From Gemmatimonadaceae bacterium (lineage in GTDB: Bacteria > Gemmatimonadota > Gemmatimonadetes > Gemmatimonadales > Gemmatimonadaceae), in assembly GCA_035317585.1 (NCBI GenBank), contig DATHGO010000095.1:1-53540 (forward strand): a stretch of 53,540 nt of DNA, read 5' to 3'. Both the position numbers and the translations under genes were made by a program. Shown here one piece after another: positions 37,479 through 46,363 of this stretch. Position 1 is the first letter of the stretch. The number at the start of each line of letters is the position of its first letter. Under the pieces are notes generated by a model. That model saw only the letters and a program-made list of their open reading frames with translations, searched no databases and had not been told where the DNA came from.

Positions 37479-38489
37479 CTAGCCACGCGCACCTTGCACA
37501 GCTGACTCCGAGCGAATAACCAGCTCAATATCATGAATCCGGCTCAGGTTCATTCCGATGATTCCCTCGGCCTCGGTCCGCATGAACATATTCGCGAATT
37601 TTGCGCCCCAAACAATCTCGTCGGCTTGATACGAGGATCTCGAGTGCACTGTCTGCGAGACGGTCTCGTCCGTTCCGATGAGAAGAACCAGAAGTTCCGC
37701 ATCGCCGTTGACGAGATCTGAATGTGTCAGGCCCCACATCGGACTTGCCGAATCAATCGGATGAACAACCGTCCAGCTCAGCGGGAAGAACACTACACGA
37801 TTCCGTTCGAGGGAGAGCTCGTAAAACTTCCGTACGGCTGATCCACCCACCTGCTCGATCTTGGTGAGAATTGCCTGGATCTGCACGTCGATCAACTGGC
37901 TGCTCCTTGCGTTGGCAATTCGAAACTCGAGCGCCATCTTGTCACGATAAGGCGCGACGATCGCGTTACGGCTATAGATGATTCTTGTCGAGGGCCGAGA
38001 GAAACGGGCAAATATCACCCCCGTCGCGAGTGCTACCCCCACGATGTTGAGCAGTGCTTCAATCGTGACGAGCGTGTTCGCGACGACACCGACGGGGGTG
38101 ATATTCCCGTAGCCGATAGTCGCAAATGTGTCGACGCTGAAAAAAAACGCTCTGTAAAAGGGCTGCCCGGCGAAACTCCCCGCGCTCGATTGAAGTGCAT
38201 CCGTTCCCAAGAGCAGAAATGCAAATGCGAAGAGTGTATTGATGGCAACGTAGGAACCGGTGATGAAGGCGAGGAACTTCGGCCACGAGATCGTGAGGAG
38301 CCAGTGGTATAGACTCATGGACGATAACGGATTGAGTCCATCGCGCACCACGTTGAAGCTTCCGTCTCGATTCAACAACCGACGCCGTGTGCCTTTCGCG
38401 ACCTCAGTCCCGAAACCGAGGTCCTTGAATTCTTCCAGGGCTGCCGAGGGAGAAGAACCCATCTGTCCGGTAAGAGTCGAAGAAGTCAT
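37479..38489 (-). CDS. Inward-rectifier potassium channel (KirBac-like)
   Basis: FFFSVDTFATIGYG filter, two TMs, FARFSRP, R.AN.R, W...HPID..SP and RSSY. Confidence 0.92.
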   Translation of the reverse strand: MTSSTLTGQMGSSPSAALEEFKDLGFGTEVAKGTRRRLLNRDGSFNVVRDGLNPLSSMSLYHWLLTISWPKFLAFITGSYVAINTLFAFAFLLLGTDALQSSAGSFAGQPFYRAFFFSVDTFATIGYGNITPVGVVANTLVTIEALLNIVGVALATGVIFARFSRPSTRIIYSRNAIVAPYRDKMALEFRIANARSSQLIDVQIQAILTKIEQVGGSAVRKFYELSLERNRVVFFPLSWTVVHPIDSASPMWGLTHSDLVNGDAELLVLLIGTDETVSQTVHSRSSYQADEIVWGAKFANMFMRTEAEGIIGMNLSRIHDIELVIRSESAVQGARG

Positions 38490-38566
38490 GTGATTCTCAT
38501 TGCATGTTGAGCGAGCGTTGCGTCCCCAAAATGGCCTGTGATATCAGGTAAAGCTACATTCGTCCG

Positions 38567-39460
38567 ATGGAATCCTCAGACACTTCCGTCGGCCGTGCTA
38601 CACTGCTGATCGTCGTATCAGCCTTCAGTTTCGGGTCGATTTCCGTCCTCACGGTTCTCACGACGAACGCTGGCGTTCCTCTGATTACAGCGATGGCATG
38701 GCGTTATGTCCTGGGAGCAGTACTCATTGGGGCGGTAGCCCAGATCAAGCGGGTCGGCGCGATCCCGAGGCGGCGGATTATTCAGCTCATGTTGATAGGT
38801 GGATTGGGTCAGGCGCTGATCACCTACCTGAGTCTTCACGCTCTCGAGTACATACCGGTCGGGCCTCTCGCCTTTCTGTTTTACACGTATCCGGCCTGGG
38901 TCGCACTGCTCGCCGCGGTTCGAAGGACTGAAAGACTGACGCCTGTGCGTGTGCTCGCGCTGATGCTGGCACTGACAGGCGTGGCAATCATGATCGGGGC
39001 ACCGACAGAGAAACTCAATCCGATCGGTGTGCTGCTTGCTCTTACGTCAGCTCTGCTCTACTCAGCGTATCTGCCGGCCCTCGCGCACGTGCAGAGGGAC
39101 ATTCCTGCCCTGCTCTCGACCTTTCTCTTGATCGTTGGAGCAGCAATCTCGTTTGTAATTGCGGCGCTGTTCGCCGGCGAGCTTTTCGTTCCCAGCGGGG
39201 CGGCCGTCTGGTCGAATATTTTTGTACTGGCGCTCGTGTCGACGGTGATTGCGTTCTCGTCGCTCATCAGGGGTCTTTCAGTCCTGGGTCCGGTCAGGAC
39301 GGCGATCATCGCCACCGTCGAACCTTTCTTCACCGCAATCCTCGGCGCGCTCGTGCTTGCCAGTCAGTTCGGCGTGGTAACCTTGATTGGCGGTATTCTC
39401 ATTGCGGCGGCGGTACTGGTAATCGAGTGGAGCTCGGCACAGGTCACTGCTACGGCGTAG
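38567..39460 (+). CDS. EamA/DMT family transporter
   Basis: About 10 TMs, LFYTYP.WV, E.LT and EP.F..ILG. Confidence 0.88.
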   Translation: MESSDTSVGRATLLIVVSAFSFGSISVLTVLTTNAGVPLITAMAWRYVLGAVLIGAVAQIKRVGAIPRRRIIQLMLIGGLGQALITYLSLHALEYIPVGPLAFLFYTYPAWVALLAAVRRTERLTPVRVLALMLALTGVAIMIGAPTEKLNPIGVLLALTSALLYSAYLPALAHVQRDIPALLSTFLLIVGAAISFVIAALFAGELFVPSGAAVWSNIFVLALVSTVIAFSSLIRGLSVLGPVRTAIIATVEPFFTAILGALVLASQFGVVTLIGGILIAAAVLVIEWSSAQVTATA

Positions 39461-41381
39461 GCGCCAGACGCCGGCGTCGCTCGATCTCGATAACGAGGTT
39501 TTGCAGATCGCTGGGGCTTACACCCGGAATCCGTGAAGCCTGAGCCAACGAGTGGGGCCTGAGATTGGCAAGCTTCTGACGCGCCTCGATCGACAGCGAG
39601 CGCATGTCGCCGTATTCCAGGTCAGGATCGAGGGAAAAGTCTCCCATCCTGCGCATCCGCTCGGCTTGGGCTCTCTCACGCTCGAAATAACCAGCGTACT
39701 TGATCTCGAGATCTGCCGTGACGAGGGCCTCGTTGTCGAGGTCTCCTCCCAGGCCAACTGCCTTCAATAACCGTTCGAGTGGAATTTCCTGACGTCTTGC
39801 TACTTCTACTATTCGCACTGTCTGTGAAAGCGGCGCACTGCGCGCACCAGAGAGGATGGACGCGGCTTCGTCGGGTCGAATACTTGTGGTCTCAGCCAGT
39901 CTTATGGCAGTGTCTTCGTGCTCCAATCGCGTCTTGATGGTGGCTTCCTCGAACTCCGAGTAAATCCCGAGTCGAGCGCCAATAGGGCCGAGACGTCTGA
40001 GAGCGTTGTCCTGACGCACGGTAAGTCTGAACTCTGAGCGCGAAGTAAAGAGCCTGTAAGGCTCATCGACCCCGCGCGTGACGAGGTCGTCGACAAGTAC
40101 CCCGATGTACGATGTCTCTCTACCCAATACCACGGGTTGTTTCCGCTGGATCGAGAGAGCGGCATTGAGTCCCGCGACCAGACCTTGTCCCGCTGCTTCC
40201 TCATATCCGGTAGTGCCGTTTATCTGGCCGGCGAAGTAAAGGCCCGGCACAGCTTTAACCTGCAGCGAAGGATCCAGCTGGGTAGGGGGATAGTAGTCGT
40301 ACTCGATAGCATAACCCGCACGATTCATTCTTACGTCCGCCAGCCCTGGAACAGATCGCAGGATCTCGAGCTGCACAGTAGCTGGAAGCGAAGTCGACAA
40401 CCCGTTGACGTAAAGCTCCGATGTGTCGTGTCCCTCGGGCTCGAGGAAAAGCTGGTGTCTTTCCGCATCGGGGAACTTTACGATCTTATCCTCGACTGAA
40501 GGGCAGTACCGTGGGCCGCGGGACGAGATTGCGCCACCGTACATCGCTGACTTCGCGATGTTGTCTTTGATGATGCTCTTGCCTTCCGCTTCGAGGTAGG
40601 TGATCCAGCAAGGCATTTGAGCCGGGTGCCTGGTAGCGCCACCCTGACGGCGCCTCTCGTTCCAGAAGTGCGACCACGAATAATCGAACTGCTCGATCTC
40701 ACTCTCCTGGATCTCGAGTGCGGAATAATCGACAGATCGGCCATCAATGCGTGGCGGTGTTCCAGTCTTGAAGCGCGCCACCGTAAGGCCAGCTTGTTCC
40801 AACTGCTCCGCAAGGTGAGTAGTCGCGGTCTCGCCTGCTCGGCCACCGGAGATACGAGTCTCGACGCCGATATGAATCCGACCGCGCAGGAAGGTGCCCG
40901 TAGTGATTACAACGCTTTTTGCGCCAAAGCGTCTTCCCTCGAGGGTTTCAACGCCGAGTACGCGCTGTTCGTCAGGTGTGAGAAGGAGGCGTGCAACGGT
41001 GCCCTGAACGGTCTGAAGATTCGCTTGTTGCTCGAGGAGGGATCTGACGGCTCGCCGGTAAAGTCCGCGATCGCACTGTGCCCGAGGAGCCCAAACGGCG
41101 GGCCCCTTGCTGCGATTGAGCATCCTGAACTGAATCATGGCGAGATCAGTAGCTCTCCCCATGATTCCTCCTAATGCATCGACCTCGCGGACGACCGTGC
41201 CCTTAGCGATACCTCCAATGGCCGGATTGCATGACATCTGACCGATTGTCTCGAGAGCGCTCGTGATCAAGCCGACTCGAGCGCCGAGGCGCGCAGCAGC
41301 GACAGCGGCCTCGGTTCCAGCATGGCCAGCGCCTATGACTACAACATCGAATTCAGTTTCGAAGTCCGGCAATTGCGACAT
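39450..41381 (-). CDS. mnmG: tRNA uridine 5-carboxymethylaminomethyl modification enzyme MnmG/GidA
   Basis: GAGHAG.EA, MSCNPAIGG, GPRYCPSVEDK, AGQINGTTGYEEAA and EPYRLFTSR.E. Confidence 0.99.
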   Translation of the reverse strand: MSQLPDFETEFDVVVIGAGHAGTEAAVAAARLGARVGLITSALETIGQMSCNPAIGGIAKGTVVREVDALGGIMGRATDLAMIQFRMLNRSKGPAVWAPRAQCDRGLYRRAVRSLLEQQANLQTVQGTVARLLLTPDEQRVLGVETLEGRRFGAKSVVITTGTFLRGRIHIGVETRISGGRAGETATTHLAEQLEQAGLTVARFKTGTPPRIDGRSVDYSALEIQESEIEQFDYSWSHFWNERRRQGGATRHPAQMPCWITYLEAEGKSIIKDNIAKSAMYGGAISSRGPRYCPSVEDKIVKFPDAERHQLFLEPEGHDTSELYVNGLSTSLPATVQLEILRSVPGLADVRMNRAGYAIEYDYYPPTQLDPSLQVKAVPGLYFAGQINGTTGYEEAAGQGLVAGLNAALSIQRKQPVVLGRETSYIGVLVDDLVTRGVDEPYRLFTSRSEFRLTVRQDNALRRLGPIGARLGIYSEFEEATIKTRLEHEDTAIRLAETTSIRPDEAASILSGARSAPLSQTVRIVEVARRQEIPLERLLKAVGLGGDLDNEALVTADLEIKYAGYFERERAQAERMRRMGDFSLDPDLEYGDMRSLSIEARQKLANLRPHSLAQASRIPGVSPSDLQNLVIEIERRRRLAPTP

Positions 41382-41438
41382 ACATTAAAGATAAAGAGAG
41401 CCCTGGTCCCGTTGGCGGTTTCCTCTCGAATCTAATTC

Positions 41439-41738
41439 ATGCCTCTCGAGCTTTCTCACAGCCGCGTCGTAGTTCTCATTCGTCAAAGCGCATTCGAACG
41501 CGGCGGACTCACTCGGCAAGCCATTGACGAGCGCTACAATCTTACCGATGATGAGTTCCGGGTCGAGGATGGCCTGATCGCGCTCGGACCGTTGCCGGCG
41601 GACGATCTGCTTCCGAACCTGATCGAGGATCTCGAAGAAAGCGGCCTTACATACTTCGACGATTTCTTCGAGTTGAGCGGCAACTGGCCGGACTGGCTAT
41701 CTCTCTACGCGCGTGGATCGAAGGGTAGAGGAACCTAG
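41439..41738 (+). CDS. Small acidic hypothetical protein
   Basis: 99-aa ORF divergent from mnmG, filling the gap. Confidence 0.65.
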   Translation: MPLELSHSRVVVLIRQSAFERGGLTRQAIDERYNLTDDEFRVEDGLIALGPLPADDLLPNLIEDLEESGLTYFDDFFELSGNWPDWLSLYARGSKGRGT

Positions 41739-42271
41739 AGGCGCTGTTCGACTACCGCCCACTCTTCGACGAACGCTACGCCATTTTCGATTCGGTCGAT
41801 GACGACATCTGAGCCAACTGATAGTGCCTTCATACCCATGGCCCGCGCCGTGATTCTCACTTCCCTGCCAAGATACTCGTACGAAATTTCTCCTGGTGAG
41901 GAAACCGCGATGCCTCGTGTGACGATCGCGAGCTGACCCTGAATCTCGTGCTCATCAACGGCTGAAGCAGCCGAGATTCCACGGAACGCCCACCGTGCGA
42001 GAAGCGTGATCATACCGCTGATTGCGAGTGCGCCGGCCCCGATCGCGATCAGTAGAACTGCCCACACCGGAAGTCGTGTGCGCGATGCAATCGGGTACCC
42101 GGCGGCTCCAAAGCCGATGGCAAAGGCGGCTACCGCCGGAAGATTGAAGAATGCTGAAGGTGTATGCGACCGGTCTCGGCGCACGCGCTGCACACCGTTC
42201 AACATCGCGAATACCGCGAGCAGCAAGCCGACGATGAAAACGGCGAGGAAGACTATAGGGAGAATTGCCAC
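41735..42271 (-). CDS. NfeD-like membrane protein
   Basis: Three TMs followed by an OB-fold-like tail (G..A.V...I....PGEI...G..VVI..I). Confidence 0.65.
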   Translation of the reverse strand: MAILPIVFLAVFIVGLLLAVFAMLNGVQRVRRDRSHTPSAFFNLPAVAAFAIGFGAAGYPIASRTRLPVWAVLLIAIGAGALAISGMITLLARWAFRGISAASAVDEHEIQGQLAIVTRGIAVSSPGEISYEYLGREVRITARAMGMKALSVGSDVVIDRIENGVAFVEEWAVVEQRL

Positions 42272-42317
42272 GACGCTCAGTAATTGGTGTGGGATGAAGC
42301 TAACCGTCGCGCGCGAC

Positions 42318-43226
42318 TCACGATCCCAGATACTTCCTGAACCAGGCTATCGTTGCAGGCCACGCCGCACGTGTAGCCGCCAGGTTGGCTCCATCCATTC
42401 CCGTCTGTTGCCGCAGGAATCCGTGACCTGCACCAGGATAGATGCTGTAGGTGTAGGTTCGGCCGAGAGCACGGAGCGCGGTGTCAGCCGGCGGAATCGT
42501 CGCATCTACGCGAGCGTCGTTCCCTCCGTACAACCCCAGGACAGGCGCGCGAACCGAAGGCAAATCCGTCGCCTTTGGAGAGACGCCGTAGTACACGACC
42601 GATGCGCCCAAGCCCGGCGCGTGAGCCGCGTGCGCAAAGGAAACGCCTCCGCCCCAGCAGAAACCGACGATGCCGTATTTTTGCTGGGCTGCAGGCAGGG
42701 ACATTCCGTACTGACCAACGGCGTCAAGCTGTTTTTGAACCCAGGCGGGATCGAGAGTCCTGATTGCGGCGGTGGCTAACGGCGCCACAACGCTGTCGGG
42801 ACCGTCGGGAAGATTCTTCATAGTCAGAAGATCCGGGGCAATCGCAATAAAACCATCAGCTGCGAGCTGATCAGCGACACCGCGGATCCACGAAGAAAGT
42901 CCGAAGATTTCGTGAACCACTACAACCACGGGCGCCTTGGTGCTTCGCTCGGGATACACCACCCAGGCGCGAAGACTGTCTCCCCCGCCTGTGTGGAGGA
43001 TGACCCACTCCCCGTGTCGAGGAGATGCGCTCAGGCGGGCGAGCGCTCCCGAAGCATCGGGAGGAAGTCGCGGGTCGTTGGAGACACTGACGACGGCGGC
43101 GGATGGCGACGGCGCACCGTGATCAGCGTGCGAATCGGTCGCGGGGACCATTTTGTTGCTCGTGCACGCCGTGCCCGCGAGTGAGAGGACGAACCCGAGT
43201 CTGATTGCTGCCGCGTGAACATGCAT
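42318..43226 (-). CDS. Dienelactone hydrolase family lipoprotein
   Basis: LAGTAC lipobox, HEIFGL, GFCWGG, G..D and AGHGF. Confidence 0.9.
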   Translation of the reverse strand: MHVHAAAIRLGFVLSLAGTACTSNKMVPATDSHADHGAPSPSAAVVSVSNDPRLPPDASGALARLSASPRHGEWVILHTGGGDSLRAWVVYPERSTKAPVVVVVHEIFGLSSWIRGVADQLAADGFIAIAPDLLTMKNLPDGPDSVVAPLATAAIRTLDPAWVQKQLDAVGQYGMSLPAAQQKYGIVGFCWGGGVSFAHAAHAPGLGASVVYYGVSPKATDLPSVRAPVLGLYGGNDARVDATIPPADTALRALGRTYTYSIYPGAGHGFLRQQTGMDGANLAATRAAWPATIAWFRKYLGS

Positions 43227-43227
43227 G

Positions 43228-44250
43228 TCAACGACTCCTTTGTTTGGCCATTTGCCGAGGCGCTATAGCGTTCTCGAACTGTTCGGCGAAAAATTCTCCA
43301 ACACGATATTCCGCATAATAAAATGGACGCCACGGCCACGAGCCAGCTATGAAACCGGCGTGACCGCCCTGTTCCACGAATTCCAGGTGCAGGGCCGGAT
43401 TCCTCCGGGCAATATCCCTAACTTCGTCCAGAACTTCCGGCGGCAGCATCGGATCATCGACTGCGCTCAATAGTAGCGTTGTGAGCCTAATGTGTTCCAG
43501 CCGCGGGAGTGAGCTTGATCGCCGATAGTAGTCTTCAGCATTCCGGAATCCATGCAGCGGACCCGTGATCAGGTTATCGAAATCCTCGAGCGTCCGAAGC
43601 CCGGAGATCTTATCCGCCGGAGCAAGACCGGGGAACCGAGCGGCTTTTTCCTGCGCCTTCCGTCTCAATGAGCCGAGGAAGAACTGCTGGTAGAACCTCG
43701 AGAAGCCCCGATTGATTCGTCTGGAGGAGCGGGACAGGTCAAAAGGGACGGAAATCGCAGCTGCTGCCTTTAGCTGAGGCGGCAGATTGCTGCCCCGCTC
43801 AGCGAGAAACTTGAGCAGCACATTACCGCCGAGGGAGACCCCGGCGATGGCAAGGGGAGAAGTCGGATACTCCCTTGAAATCCTCTCGAGCACGAGTGCG
43901 GTATCTGTCGTCTCGCCGGAGTGATAGAATCGACGGGTACGGTTTGGCTCCGAGCCGCACGACCGAAAGATCAGAAGATCGGCACCCCATCCCCTTCTGG
44001 CGGCTTCGTTGAGGAGTCCCTGCGCATAGTGCGAGCGAACAGTCCCCTCGAGACCATGCAGCAACAAAACGCGTGGTGTCCCCGGTGCTGCCGGCAGCCG
44101 ATGCAGCTCCACAAAGTCGCCATCGGGCGTTTCCCAGCGCTCGAGGATAGTCGGAGCCGGCGGTTGTCGCCTGAATAGTTTCCCCCAAAGTGTCTGCAGA
44201 TGACCGCCGGGAATCCACCAGGCTGGCGAATAGATTATTTCACGCGGCAT
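43228..44250 (-). CDS. YheT-like alpha/beta hydrolase
   Basis: GHLQT, HGLEG, RSC, YHSG.T.D, GVSLGGN, DDP and GGHAGF. Confidence 0.88.
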   Translation of the reverse strand: MPREIIYSPAWWIPGGHLQTLWGKLFRRQPPAPTILERWETPDGDFVELHRLPAAPGTPRVLLLHGLEGTVRSHYAQGLLNEAARRGWGADLLIFRSCGSEPNRTRRFYHSGETTDTALVLERISREYPTSPLAIAGVSLGGNVLLKFLAERGSNLPPQLKAAAAISVPFDLSRSSRRINRGFSRFYQQFFLGSLRRKAQEKAARFPGLAPADKISGLRTLEDFDNLITGPLHGFRNAEDYYRRSSSLPRLEHIRLTTLLLSAVDDPMLPPEVLDEVRDIARRNPALHLEFVEQGGHAGFIAGSWPWRPFYYAEYRVGEFFAEQFENAIAPRQMAKQRSR

Positions 44251-44310
44251 TGGTACCAAGTACCGGGTCGACCTTCATCTTTCCGTTCTCCTCGACAGGC
44301 CAGAGCGACA

Positions 44311-44658
44311 TTGGAAGTACAGATCTTTGGAATCAAGAAAAGCGCTGATACGCGGAAGGCTCTTCGCTTTTTCTCGGAGCGAAGAGTCAAAACTCACTTC
44401 GTCGACTTGATAGAACGCCCCGCATCGATCGGCGAGCTTCGCCGATTCGCCCAGAAATTTGGTGTAAGAGCACTCGTCGATCGAGACGCAAAGCGTTTTA
44501 CGGATCTTGGTCTTCAATACGCGCAACTTTCGGACGAACGCTGGCTGGAGAAACTTTCAGAAGAGCCGCTATTGCTCCGGCTTCCACTTGTCCGGAATGC
44601 CAATCTGCTCGTTATCGGGGCAGACGAAGCAACATGGAAAAGCTGGATGGAACGATGA
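44311..44658 (+). CDS. ArsC/Spx/MgsR family protein
   Basis: TTG start; VQIFG.KKS.DTRKA.RFF...P.LLR.PLV. Confidence 0.8.
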   Translation: MEVQIFGIKKSADTRKALRFFSERRVKTHFVDLIERPASIGELRRFAQKFGVRALVDRDAKRFTDLGLQYAQLSDERWLEKLSEEPLLLRLPLVRNANLLVIGADEATWKSWMER

Positions 44659-44755
44659 GTTGTTCTCTCGCTTGTGGGTATGCGCCCGGGCAAGCGATAT
44701 TGCAACCTCGTCCCGCCCCTCCCACAGCGACCAGCTCAAACCAGGCTTGCCGACA

Positions 44756-46363
44756 GTGACTTACCGCGTTCTCGTCACCGATGAGATCGACGCCGAAGGC
44801 GTCGCGCTCCTTTCGGCTGAGCCGAGGATCGTCGTGGACGAAGTGCCCACACTACCCAAGGACGAACTCCTTGCCCGCATCCCCGATTATGATGCGATCA
44901 TCGGTCGCAGCGCCACACGGATTTCCGCGGAGCTGCTGGAAAAGGCCCGCAAGCTGAAGGTGGTCGGGCGAGCCGGCGTTGGAGTTGACAACATCGCTCT
45001 CGACACCGCGACCGCCCTGGGGGTCGCTGTCATCAACGCTCCGGCCGGCAATACGATTGCGGTAGTCGAGCTGTTCTTCGGAACGGTCATATCGCTGCTT
45101 CGGCACATTCCACGTGCTGATACCTCGATGCATGCGGGCAAGTGGGAACGGTCGGCCCTGCTCGGCTCCGAACTGAAAGGAAGAACGCTCGGGATCGTCG
45201 GCCTTGGGCGGATCGGAGGAGAAGTAGCGACACGCGCCCGGGCATTCGGAATGAACGTTGTCGCCCACGATCCATATATCGCTCAAACCCGTTTCGAAGC
45301 TTTGCGGGTTCAGGAAGTAGACTCGCTCGACGCCCTGCTCGAGCAATCGGATATCCTGACCGTGCACACTCCGTTGACTGACGAAACCAAAGGTATGATC
45401 GGCAAGCGCGAGATCGCCCGGCTTCCTCGGCAGTCCATCGTGGTGAATATGGCTCGTGGCGGCATCGTCGATGAAAGGGCATTGCTCGAAGCGCTGGGCA
45501 GCAAACATCTCCTCGGGGCGGTCGTAGACGCCTATGAAAAGGAACCCCTGGCCGCGGACCACCCGCTGCGCGCGCTTCCGAATGTTCTTCTTACTCCGCA
45601 CATCGGGGCGTCAACCACGGAAGCGCAGCGGAACGTTGCAGTCGACGTTTGCATAGCAGTGCGTGATGCACTTCTCAGCGGAGAGCTGTCGCGCTCCATC
45701 AATGTCGCGGACGTTGGTGGACAATGGGCAGAGGTTGAACCCGCACTGACGCTGGCGCGCCGCGCCGCCGCGGTCGGAAGAGCGATACTCGCCACTCAAG
45801 GCACGCGTGTGGTCCAACGTGTTGATATTCGCTCGGGTTCGGGCTTGACCGCCGCAAAGAGCGCGCTGCTTGCGTCGGCTGCACGCGGCCTGCTGGAAGG
45901 CACCGTGGAACAGGAACGGCTGAATCTTATCAACGCTCGCGCGATGGCCGAGGCTCGCGGGATAGACCTTTCGACCACCGAAACTCCGGTGCAGGACAAC
46001 CCTTTCGCGGTTGAAGTGAGATTGAGCGGTGGAATGCAGGAAATCGCGATTGCCGGAACAGCGCAGCCAGGCGCAGCTCCCCGCTTCACCCGGATTGGCG
46101 CCTTCCACGTGGACATTCAGCCACGAGATACGCTGCTGATCCTCACCAATAACGATGTTCCAGGCGTGATTGGCCGCGTGGGAACTCTACTTGGCGAAGC
46201 AGGCGTCAATATCGCCGAATACCACCAGGCACGTCTGGCACAGGGAGGCCAGGCCCTTGCCGCCGTCTCGGTCGATGGAGACGTAAGCGAGGCGACTCGC
46301 GAATCGCTGCTTCGTCTTCCTGACGTGTCGTCTGCCGCGGTCGTCTGCTTTCATTCAGGGTGA
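44756..46363 (+). CDS. serA: D-3-phosphoglycerate dehydrogenase (long ASB+ACT type)
   Basis: GRAGVGVDN, GIVGLGRIG, N.ARG, TPHIGAST.EAQ and C-terminal ACT (N.DVPGVIG.VG..LG...VNIA). GTG start at 44756. Confidence 0.93.
   Translation: MTYRVLVTDEIDAEGVALLSAEPRIVVDEVPTLPKDELLARIPDYDAIIGRSATRISAELLEKARKLKVVGRAGVGVDNIALDTATALGVAVINAPAGNTIAVVELFFGTVISLLRHIPRADTSMHAGKWERSALLGSELKGRTLGIVGLGRIGGEVATRARAFGMNVVAHDPYIAQTRFEALRVQEVDSLDALLEQSDILTVHTPLTDETKGMIGKREIARLPRQSIVVNMARGGIVDERALLEALGSKHLLGAVVDAYEKEPLAADHPLRALPNVLLTPHIGASTTEAQRNVAVDVCIAVRDALLSGELSRSINVADVGGQWAEVEPALTLARRAAAVGRAILATQGTRVVQRVDIRSGSGLTAAKSALLASAARGLLEGTVEQERLNLINARAMAEARGIDLSTTETPVQDNPFAVEVRLSGGMQEIAIAGTAQPGAAPRFTRIGAFHVDIQPRDTLLILTNNDVPGVIGRVGTLLGEAGVNIAEYHQARLAQGGQALAAVSVDGDVSEATRESLLRLPDVSSAAVVCFHSG

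Noticed and set aside
38140-38147. A8 homopolymer in the Kir channel gene (phase variation?)
   Set aside because: It encodes the conserved FFF before the pore helix and the frame is intact.
44507-44755. N-terminal extension of serA
   Set aside because: It overlaps the ArsC-like gene; SerA homology starts at GTG 44756.
46101-46116. parS-like CCTTCCACGTGGACAT inside serA
   Set aside because: The outer arms are degenerate and the sequence is explained by AFHVD codons.
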